Shown here: positions 10,375 through 17,812 of the stretch, one piece after another
Layout: each line of letters begins with the position of its first letter
Position numbering within the stretch: the stretch's first letter is position 1
Assembly (NCBI GenBank): GCA_038203255.1
Contig: JBBREE010000001.1
Location: 31,882-95,881 of the forward strand
DNA: 64,000 nt
Direction: 5' to 3'
Source: Candidatus Moraniibacteriota bacterium
GTDB lineage: Bacteria > Patescibacteriota > Minisyncoccia > Moranbacterales > UBA2206
The notes under the pieces: model-generated
Seen by the model: only the letters and a program-made list of their open reading frames with translations
The model's database searches: none
What the model was told of the DNA's origin: nothing
Position numbers and translations under genes: made by a program

Positions 10375-11427
10375 TTAACGCTCTCTAGGTATCCAATAAA
10401 AAGTATACGAGGTATCCTCTATTGGATATTTGGTGAAATGCTTAAACTCCAAAGCGTTTATCATGATCGGCAGATACTCTAGCGGCTGTTCCTCTATTCG
10501 ATATTCCGGAACGATTGCTATAGAATACTTCCCAGTCCCTTTGGGAGAAGTAAGAATTGAAGCGCCATGCTGAGGAAGTGTATTGTTCCACGGCTTTGGA
10601 CAAAAACGATCTTTTTCCGTGAATGCAGCATCGATGTATAGGGATGTCCCAAAGATGTTATCAAAAAACCCCAACTCTTTTCGCATACGCCCAATCTTAT
10701 TTGCTTTCGCAACTACCCGACACGCTTCATCCCAAATTTCTGATGAGATTTTATTTCTAATCCAACTCCAGTTTTTAGCTTGTCGCTTACTATAAAGCAA
10801 ATCGAAAACTTCGCGAGGTATTGAATCATATGGCAACGATGTAGCTATTGCCAGTATTTCATCCATAGAGGATGCAGAAATATCAGAGCTATCAACAATA
10901 ACATCATAATCAGGAATCGCAATGATTCTTATGAAGTCAAAATGTTGCTCGGCCAAATTTTTCATTATCTCATGTTTTCGGACAATATCTCTATATGCCC
11001 AGCCAAGAGCATGAAAATGAGGCACCTCATCCCCAATAATGAGATCTATTCCTGGTTCATAATGATGTTTGATTTTCCTGTTGAGAATATCAAACCACCA
11101 GATTCCCCATAGATCACCTTTTCGTGGATAATTCAGCCTCTCGCGTAATTTCATAGTTGAAAGAGCCCCTCCGGAACATCCCCACGTCAGTCCAATTGGG
11201 ATTCTTGTCTCACTACTAATGGCCGTTTCGATGGAATTACGAATCTTTTGCTCTTCGAGCTCAGATATCGCTGTACGTGAATGCCTTTTGAGAATTCTTA
11301 TAATGGAGCTAGTTATATCCTTATCCCTCTTGGGGTTGTACCCGTCCATTTTTGCATCAATTGCCTGATTCATATTGTCAATTTGATCACTCAATTTTGT
11401 TACTAAATGCTCCATATTTATCTCCAC
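10375..11427 (-). CDS. Divergent PvcA/Dit1 (isocyanide synthase)-like protein
   Basis: I...IPIGLTWG, YPRKGD...ILNRKIKHHYEPGIDLIIGDE and LPQHG resemble the PvcA PI.xLPAFP / LPDxAE..L...I...YxPGA.I.I.SD / TPWH pattern. Confidence 0.5.
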   Translation of the reverse strand: MEINMEHLVTKLSDQIDNMNQAIDAKMDGYNPKRDKDITSSIIRILKRHSRTAISELEEQKIRNSIETAISSETRIPIGLTWGCSGGALSTMKLRERLNYPRKGDLWGIWWFDILNRKIKHHYEPGIDLIIGDEVPHFHALGWAYRDIVRKHEIMKNLAEQHFDFIRIIAIPDYDVIVDSSDISASSMDEILAIATSLPYDSIPREVFDLLYSKRQAKNWSWIRNKISSEIWDEACRVVAKANKIGRMRKELGFFDNIFGTSLYIDAAFTEKDRFCPKPWNNTLPQHGASILTSPKGTGKYSIAIVPEYRIEEQPLEYLPIMINALEFKHFTKYPIEDTSYTFYWIPRER

Positions 11428-11460
11428 GGTTTAGGATTTAGATGCATTTATATATTTATT

Positions 11461-11501
11461 AAAGAACAAGACATCGTACAATTAATATCACTTTATGTCA
11501 A
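11461..11501 (-). promoter_or_regulatory. Sigma70 promoter followed by boxA-like motif
   Basis: Minus strand TTGACA-17-TACGAT then TTGTTCTTTAA. Confidence 0.6.
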
Positions 11502-11630
11502 TTTTTTTAATTTCTGGGAAGCTCTTATGTATAGAATTCCCAGAGATGTTTTATTTCAGCATTCTTGAAGCTATAAACATTAAGTGTTATAGTTATAATA
11601 TTATTTATTATTTTTTTATCATTCACCCAT

Positions 11631-12473
11631 ATGCCAAACTTCAAATTATCTTTCGTTATTGAAAAAAAACTCTTTGCTTTTTTGGATACCCCGGAAGATT
11701 CACTGATTGATTCCGTCCATTTAATTACTGAAAAATATGCGGACAAATATATTGTTAAAAACATAGAACTTCGCAATGATTCCTGCCCCGAAGAAGCTTA
11801 CCAAAAAATTATAGACCGCTTCAAGCCAGAAATAGAACAATTGCAAAAAGATGGATTTGATTTCACCTTGCACGCCGCGCGAGCTATCCAAGACTCGGAC
11901 AATCTAGATTATAAAATTCTTACTGTTTTGAAAAAAGATGTCGCTCTGGCAGAAACTCTCGGGATAGCAACTATAGTCACCCATGCTTCATTTAGCGTAC
12001 GCTCTCCCGAAGGAAAAAACTACTATTCCATAATGCACCTTTTGCCAGAATTGGATACTCTTAGCAAAGAAACAGGAGTAACAATAGCCATAGAAAACAT
12101 TTCACTTAAAAACGGCATCCTCCAAAATACGAACGATCATTTTTTCGTCCTAGATTTTATTAATAAGAATAATCTCCAGAATCTTGGAATCGCAATTGAT
12201 TTTGGCCATGCTCTTTCCTGTGGATTCAGTACTGATTACATTCTCAATGTCATTGAAAAAGCTAAGGAAAAACTTTTTCACATTCATGCGCATGAAACTA
12301 CTTTCGGTGAAGACTTGCATGCACCTCTTGCTGGAAAACTTGACTGGGGAAAAATTCTTCAGTCTTTAGAAGGCATAACTTATTCCGGAGTTTTCGTGCT
12401 AGAAATGCGCTCCCCTAGCCTTCCTAGTAGCCTAGAATATTTGCAAAGCATTGACGCCACATTTAAAAACTAG
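11631..12473 (+). CDS. Sugar-phosphate isomerase/epimerase (xylose-isomerase-like TIM barrel)
   Basis: VTH, IAIEN, IDFGH, HIHAHE..DLH, VLE metal-binding pattern. Confidence 0.8.
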   Translation: MPNFKLSFVIEKKLFAFLDTPEDSLIDSVHLITEKYADKYIVKNIELRNDSCPEEAYQKIIDRFKPEIEQLQKDGFDFTLHAARAIQDSDNLDYKILTVLKKDVALAETLGIATIVTHASFSVRSPEGKNYYSIMHLLPELDTLSKETGVTIAIENISLKNGILQNTNDHFFVLDFINKNNLQNLGIAIDFGHALSCGFSTDYILNVIEKAKEKLFHIHAHETTFGEDLHAPLAGKLDWGKILQSLEGITYSGVFVLEMRSPSLPSSLEYLQSIDATFKN

Positions 12474-12530
12474 CCTTTCACTCCTACAGTAAAAGCTAAT
12501 AAATCTAACTCCAATTTCATCTCTGCTATA

Positions 12531-12565
12531 TTCAAGTGGCGTAACATATCCGTTAGGGGGAGCCA
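12531..12565 (+). repeat. Degenerate tRNA-3'-end-like (attR-like) site 1
   Basis: TTCAAG...GGGGGAGCCA followed by A-tract/T-tract hairpin (12577-12610); shares only GGAGCCA with the other two sites. Confidence 0.4.
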
Positions 12566-12673
12566 CGAAAAATTCAAAAAAGACTAACCTAAACGGTATG
12601 GTCTTTTTTTCGTCTCGTGGCGCCGCCATCACTGAAAGCCTTTTATGTTAATCTTTTTTGTAAGTTTTTCGTG

Positions 12674-12707
12674 GTCGCGCGACGAACGATAGTGAGTTTT
12701 GCGCGAC
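12674..12707. repeat. REP-like palindrome upstream of GIY-YIG remnant
   Basis: GTCGCGCGA-CGAACGATAGTGAGTT-TTGCGCGAC. Confidence 0.5.
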
Positions 12708-12758
12708 AACATTTTTGAGTGTTGTATAATAAAAACATAACCCAAAAACAAAATCATT

Positions 12759-12887
12759 ATGTTTTATGTTTATCTATTGGAATGTCAGGAAGCTGATGCA
12801 GTTGTAAGAGAAAAATTTCTCAAGGGCGGATCTGGTCGGACGTATCTTAAAAAACAGTTGAAATATTATTTAGAAGAAAAAATTTGA
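12759..12887 (+). pseudogene. Internally deleted GIY-YIG nuclease remnant
   Basis: MFYVYLLECQ joined directly to EADAVVREKFLKGGSGRTYLKKQLKYYL; the YIG..L..R..H core is missing. Confidence 0.7.
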
Positions 12888-12959
12888 TTTTTAATAAGCT
12901 TTGCACGATAATCAAGGTAAAGTGCCATGGTACGTTACTAAAAATTAAATTAATATAAA

Positions 12960-13127
12960 ATGGAAAACAAAAAAGAAACAAGAAAATTAACCAAGACTGG
13001 GCGTGGGAGTATGTATGTGATTTTACCCAAAGAATTGATTGCTCACTTTGGCTGGCGCGAAAAACAAAAACTGACGGTGGAAAAAGTGAAGGGTGGGATT
13101 TTGATTAAGGATTGGAGGAAGAGATAA
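12960..13127 (+). CDS. AbrB/MazE/SpoVT-family small DNA-binding protein, copy 1 (55 aa)
   Basis: Own translation MENKKETRKLTKTGRGSMYVILPKELIAHFGWREKQKLTVEKVKGGILIKDWRKR. Confidence 0.8.
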   Translation: MENKKETRKLTKTGRGSMYVILPKELIAHFGWREKQKLTVEKVKGGILIKDWRKR

Positions 13128-13193
13128 AAAAAGCCTCCAGTCCGCATTGCGAACCTTTGGCTTCTTGTGAAAAGAAAAAATGTTTTGAAATTA

Positions 13194-14075
13194 TTAGAGG
13201 CTTCCACCGGATTCTCGGATTTGATTATTTAATTCCTGAGCTTTAACTGCGGCCGCTTCTGCATAGTCTTCTCCGGAACTGGCGAATATAATGCCCGAAG
13301 ATGAGTTGATTGCAATCGAACCTGGTCCACTAAGGGACGCATGCACTGTCTGTTCGATAAACCCTCCTTGAGTTCCAATACCCGGAATGAGAAACCACAA
13401 CTTATCTCCTACCAGCTCTCGAACTCTTTTAAGATGAAAAGAAAAAATATCGCCCGAACTCTTGGGATACTCATGAGCAGCTGCCATAACCAGTCCGGCA
13501 TCTTCGGCAACACCAAGCTCTTCCGCCCATTTAAGAGTTGTCTTGGCAATAAATTCCCAATAAAGATCGCCAGATTCCAGCCGCACATCTTGGACTTCTC
13601 TTGCTGAAGAGTTGCTCGTATAACAAAGACCAACAATGGCTCTGCCGGGATTTTTAGGATCGACGAGCGATTGCATGCAATCTTTGCCCATATAGGGGCT
13701 AAAGTTCATGCCATCCACACCATCTAGATCAAACTGAGCGATCCTATAGCATGCTTGGGTTCTTCCGATATCCCCTCGCTTACAATCAAGAAAAACAGGA
13801 ATGTCTTCATGTTGTTTGTGAATATGCTGGACGATTTTACGAAGAGCCTTTTCTCCATCTGAAATTGCTTCGTAATGCGCCCGCTGAGGCTTAAACAATG
13901 AAGCAAACGGCGCCGTTTCATCAACAATCCTACACATCCAATGAGCCACTTTTTCCCAATCATGTTCGAACCCAACAATTGATGATGGAAGTTTCTCGAG
14001 CAATGGGTCAAGTCCCACACAGACCAGTGAATTTACTTTCTGTTGCCTTTGCGAAAGTTTCTGCCTGAATCCCAT
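13194..14075 (-). CDS. pyrF: Orotidine-5'-phosphate decarboxylase
   Basis: CVGLDP, FKPQ, LDCKRGDIG, PGIGTQGG, INSS; GAGGAG RBS before ATG 14075. Confidence 0.92.
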   Translation of the reverse strand: MGFRQKLSQRQQKVNSLVCVGLDPLLEKLPSSIVGFEHDWEKVAHWMCRIVDETAPFASLFKPQRAHYEAISDGEKALRKIVQHIHKQHEDIPVFLDCKRGDIGRTQACYRIAQFDLDGVDGMNFSPYMGKDCMQSLVDPKNPGRAIVGLCYTSNSSAREVQDVRLESGDLYWEFIAKTTLKWAEELGVAEDAGLVMAAAHEYPKSSGDIFSFHLKRVRELVGDKLWFLIPGIGTQGGFIEQTVHASLSGPGSIAINSSSGIIFASSGEDYAEAAAVKAQELNNQIRESGGSL

Positions 14076-14106
14076 AATTCTTCTCCTCTTCTGATTATTA
14101 TTTTTT

Positions 14107-14838
14107 TCACATCGTTGCCACAAGTTCATCCCAGTTTTCTTTAGCTGGAAGAGCGCGTGATCCTTTTTTACAGAACTCACATTCTTCCTCAGCCGGATTG
14201 ACTACGTATGTATTGTAATGCAAACGCCAGATCAATCGGCTACCGTCGATTATTTCGGGCGCGTCTTTGTCAGGCCTATGCACCAGAAGCGGAATGAAGG
14301 GAATGAAATCAACCTGACTTGGATTCCCCTTTCTGATTCCATCTCGGACAGCTTGAGTGGTGAGGCTAGTGGTCAAAAGTTCCTCCACATGTAGCACTCG
14401 CTCGCCCGGAGAAATCACGGCTTTTCCCCAAACCTGCGACTTATTAGATCCTTTTTGCATCGGGTGCCATTTTGCTTTCAAAATATTGGCCACATCTTTC
14501 GAAAGTCCCAACGCGGAAGAATCCGAACCGGTTACCCAGTCTATCGGACCCTTATAGAAAGATTCTAATAAATATACCAGTTGCTGAGCCATGATCTGAC
14601 AAAGATTGCTCCGTTGCAAAACCTTGGGGCAGTTGATATAAATATTACTATGCTTGCCACTTGTGAGAATTACGTGAGGAGCGGTTGGATTTTCCTGACC
14701 CGGATGATGCCAAAAGGCACCGCAAGCTTTGAAAATCATTTCAAGCTCTTCCTTAAGCAATATCCTCTTACAATCACGAGGATCGAGTCGCAAAATATCT
14801 TCATTGGTCAATCCTTGAAGCATTACCGGTATTGGCAT
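14107..14838 (-). CDS. pyrE: Orotate phosphoribosyltransferase
   Basis: HVILTSGKHSNIYINC and PRPP-binding VLHVEELLTT; adjacent to pyrF. Confidence 0.82.
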   Translation of the reverse strand: MPIPVMLQGLTNEDILRLDPRDCKRILLKEELEMIFKACGAFWHHPGQENPTAPHVILTSGKHSNIYINCPKVLQRSNLCQIMAQQLVYLLESFYKGPIDWVTGSDSSALGLSKDVANILKAKWHPMQKGSNKSQVWGKAVISPGERVLHVEELLTTSLTTQAVRDGIRKGNPSQVDFIPFIPLLVHRPDKDAPEIIDGSRLIWRLHYNTYVVNPAEEECEFCKKGSRALPAKENWDELVATM

Positions 14839-14873
14839 AATAACCTCCTATCTATTTTATTGTAATAATGTAC

Positions 14874-14944
14874 AAAAAAGTTAGACCCCAAGTCTAACCT
14901 TCCTCATCTGAGTTGATGGTAGTAAATTTATGGATAAAAAGCAA
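14874..14944 (-). promoter_or_regulatory. pyrEF promoter with leader terminator and 8-codon uORF
   Basis: TTGCTT-17-TACCAT; uORF 14907-14881 (MRKVRLGV*) covering hairpin GTTAGAC-TTGGG-GTCTAAC-TTTTTT. Confidence 0.55.
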
Positions 14945-15002
14945 GTATTTTAGGCTGAATGACTATTCGCAATATTTTTAACTTAAATCATGCTGAGGCC
15001 TT

Positions 15003-15038
15003 CATCAAGGTTCGAACTTCTTCCATCGCGCGGAGCCA
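15003..15038 (+). repeat. 36-bp direct repeat copy A, tRNA-Asn 3'-end-like (attR-like)
   Basis: CATCAAGGTTCGAACTTCTTCCATCGCGCGGAGCCA, identical to 17656-17691; shares AGGTTCGA and CGCGGAGC with tRNA-Asn. Confidence 0.85.
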
Positions 15039-15138
15039 GATTACAAAAGAGCCCTTTCAAGGCTCTTTTGTGCTATTATGTCGGTTCGAATATTTCATAC
15101 CCCGCATTAGACGTTCGAACCAGTAAACTGTAAATTTT

Positions 15139-16203
15139 TTAATTCTTTTTGATCCTTTGGCGTTTCAGCGCTCCTTCAATAATTTTATCCAAAAAAACCG
15201 GAAAGCTCATCCCGTACGCAGCAGCGGCTTGGGGCGCAAGGCTAGTAGCGGTCATCCCAGGAATAGTGTTAATTTCAAGAAAATATAATTTATCATCATC
15301 TGCACTCCAAATGAAATCAGCTCGGGCCAGATCAATACACCCGACAGCCTTGAAAATTTTGACTGCATAACGTTGAATTTTTCTTTTAACGTCATCCGAA
15401 ATTTCGGCTGGACAGACTTCTTCCGATCCGCCTGTTTCATATTTCGCCCGATAATCAAACCACCCAGAAACTTTAGGGATAATTTCAATAACCGGAAGCG
15501 CCTTCGGAGCTTTGTCTCCTATTACTGCCACTGTAAGTTCTCTGCCTTTCACAAATTGTTCCAAAAGAACTTCGTTGCCATATTTTAAAGCCTCCTCTAT
15601 TCCAGAAATTAATTTTTCCTTAGAGGTAACCAAGCTTATCCCAACTGAAGATCCAAGCTCTGTTGGTTTTATAACGATTGGAAAATTTAATTTAGCAATT
15701 ATACTCACCGCGCTATATTTTTTATCCCGAGAAATCACTTCATCTTTAGCAATTTTTAATCCCGATGCCTTAGCAATAATTTTAGTCTTGCGTTTATGCA
15801 TAGCCAAAGCGCTAGCCAACGTTCCTGAAAAAACATACGGCAATCCGAGCATTTCCAGTGCGCCTTGCAACTTTCCATCCTCCCCAAAAGTTCCGTGGAT
15901 AATTGGCAAAACCAAATCAATTGGTGGAAATTTTTCCGGAAATTTATTCCTGTCTTCAAAAGAACTCCCGTTCCCCACTCCGCCCTCTCGACTAGCTCCT
16001 TCCAAATTTTCATCTAAATATTTTTGTCCCTCCTCACCCACTAGCCAATGTCCGGACTTAGTAATGGCAATAGGGATAATCTCATACTTATTCTTATCAA
16101 GCGCACTCATGACTTGATTAGCTGATCTCAAAGAAACTTCGTGTTCACCGGATTGTCCGCCAAAGATAACCGCTAATTGTTTTTTTGCGATAGTTTTTTT
16201 CAT
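15139..16203 (-). CDS. ddl: D-alanine--D-alanine ligase
   Basis: FGGQSGEHEVS, HGTFGEDG, GSSVG, FDYRAKY, ARADF, EINTIPG. Confidence 0.95.
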   Translation of the reverse strand: MKKTIAKKQLAVIFGGQSGEHEVSLRSANQVMSALDKNKYEIIPIAITKSGHWLVGEEGQKYLDENLEGASREGGVGNGSSFEDRNKFPEKFPPIDLVLPIIHGTFGEDGKLQGALEMLGLPYVFSGTLASALAMHKRKTKIIAKASGLKIAKDEVISRDKKYSAVSIIAKLNFPIVIKPTELGSSVGISLVTSKEKLISGIEEALKYGNEVLLEQFVKGRELTVAVIGDKAPKALPVIEIIPKVSGWFDYRAKYETGGSEEVCPAEISDDVKRKIQRYAVKIFKAVGCIDLARADFIWSADDDKLYFLEINTIPGMTATSLAPQAAAAYGMSFPVFLDKIIEGALKRQRIKKN

Positions 16204-16342
16204 AAAATTAAAGTTAATATTTATACAAATGGTAGCTTGAATTGTTAATTATTGCAACAATATAACAGATTTTACTAAAAAAATAAAGCGGCTATCGAAA
16301 AACGACAACCGCCTGCTTCTGCCTTTGATGGAAAATTTTCCA

Positions 16343-17125
16343 TCAAGGTTCTATGTATGAGTAACAAGCAATCCCTCCCTTAACCAAGGCGTCCATCTGA
16401 TTACCAAAATTAAAATGCCACACCTCCGGGCCATAACAGGTAAATCCAGCCTTTACCATAGACCTAAGAAGAATGTTCCGATTCCGACATATTTTGGCAT
16501 CATTACCAGGAAATCTTTTTCTCTTAATTTTGAGATGATAGAAGGCTCCAGCATCATCTTTCATCCAATCAAATGGCACTCCGAGATTCTCAGCTTCCCC
16601 TTCCCTATAAAGCCACACGTCCACCGATCCTCCTGTCAAATGAGGGCTAGGGGAAGAAATTTCTTTCGTAGGCCAACTTACGTATGTACGATTAGCTTCG
16701 AAAATAACCTTTCTCTTTTCTGGAGAAAGACCATCAAAACACTCCTTAATGTTTTCAACAGAGACTAGTTTATCAAACTGTTCCTTAAGGCCAAACTTTT
16801 CCACTGTAAACAGTTTCATGTAATACCAAAAAAGATTCTCTTGAAGTTCCACCGATCTCCACCCATCATAAACCCTGAGATCAAAGCCCTGATTTTTTAA
16901 GGTTTCACGAACCGCTAAAGTCTTATGCAAAACCTCTTCTCGCAGATACAGCTTCTCGTTTTTTGCTATTTTTAATACGTGATAATAAAAAGAAAAAACG
17001 ATTTCTTCAGGAACCTCAATGAGTGGTTGATTATTTTCCTCGATCGGAATCTTTCTCCAATCACCCCGCCTATACGCCATCAATGTGACATACCTGACCA
17101 TTTGCAACTTGAGATAATTCAACAT
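16343..17125 (-). CDS. D-Ala-D-Ala dipeptidase (VanX/DdpX, peptidase M15D)
   Basis: YDGWRS, SPHLTGGSVD, EVWHF; GGAGG RBS before ATG 17125. Confidence 0.85.
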   Translation of the reverse strand: MLNYLKLQMVRYVTLMAYRRGDWRKIPIEENNQPLIEVPEEIVFSFYYHVLKIAKNEKLYLREEVLHKTLAVRETLKNQGFDLRVYDGWRSVELQENLFWYYMKLFTVEKFGLKEQFDKLVSVENIKECFDGLSPEKRKVIFEANRTYVSWPTKEISSPSPHLTGGSVDVWLYREGEAENLGVPFDWMKDDAGAFYHLKIKRKRFPGNDAKICRNRNILLRSMVKAGFTCYGPEVWHFNFGNQMDALVKGGIACYSYIEP

Positions 17126-17486
17126 TTTGACCTCCTGTCCCAATTTTGAAGAATTGTTCTTCCTTTATCTGCTCCACTATTCTTTTCTTATCCATATATC
17201 TTATAACATCGAATGCACGACATGTTGTGTTGCGGCAAATATTAGGACGGTTATCATAATCAGTACACAATCCCGTTTTTACATTGAAATTGGTACAGAT
17301 ATATTGTTTAAGTCTAACTGTATCCGGATTTGATTCAGGGGCTAATATTCCTTCCAACTCTACAAAAGGAAGATTATCTCTTTCCGGATCTATAAGCCTC
17401 CTGCTGTTTATTTTCACAGGATTGCAGCACATACTACATCCAAACAACAGACAAACATTCGTTTTTTCTCCAATACATCCTTTCAT
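17070..17486 (-). CDS. YkgJ-family cysteine cluster protein
   Basis: CSMCC...C......C..Y..RP.IC....C; overlaps the start of the vanX-like gene. Confidence 0.8.
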   Translation of the reverse strand: MKGCIGEKTNVCLLFGCSMCCNPVKINSRRLIDPERDNLPFVELEGILAPESNPDTVRLKQYICTNFNVKTGLCTDYDNRPNICRNTTCRAFDVIRYMDKKRIVEQIKEEQFFKIGTGGQNVELSQVANGQVCHIDGV

Positions 17487-17655
17487 GGCTACTCCTCCTA
17501 TAATAATATTGAGTTATGGGTCTTAGCTATGCTTTTGTCAAAGGACTTATTTAACTGTTTTCTCTATCAATTCTGTTCATATCCTGAGCATATTAGTCTA
17601 TCATCTTTTTGCAAGAAGTCAAAATTTATAATCCGCACTCTACTTGCGGTTACAG

Positions 17656-17691
17656 CATCAAGGTTCGAACTTCTTCCATCGCGCGGAGCCA
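17656..17691 (+). repeat. 36-bp direct repeat copy B, tRNA-Asn 3'-end-like (attR-like)
   Basis: Identical to 15003-15038. Confidence 0.85.
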
Positions 17692-17726
17692 CAAAAAACT
17701 CAAAAAAGATTGGAGATTAGTTGTTT

Positions 17727-17810
17727 TTGTATCATTTTCTAAAAGCATACTTGACTTTTTGTATCATAAATGATACAATTAAATCATAATTTAGCTATAT
17801 AATGATACAA
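17727..17810. promoter_or_regulatory. Palindromic operator upstream of fic gene
   Basis: TTGTATCAT-AA-ATGATACAA (17759-17778) plus half-sites at 17727-17735 and 17802-17810; TTGACT at 17751. Confidence 0.7.
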
Positions 17811-17812
17811 TT

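Noticed and set aside
15139-17125. vanA/vanX vancomycin-resistance cluster
   Set aside because: Ligase has the D-Ala-D-Ala-type YxAKY loop; no vanH, vanR or vanS.
15003-17691. 36-bp repeats as a CRISPR array
   Set aside because: Only two copies 2.6 kb apart, tRNA-like sequence, no cas genes.
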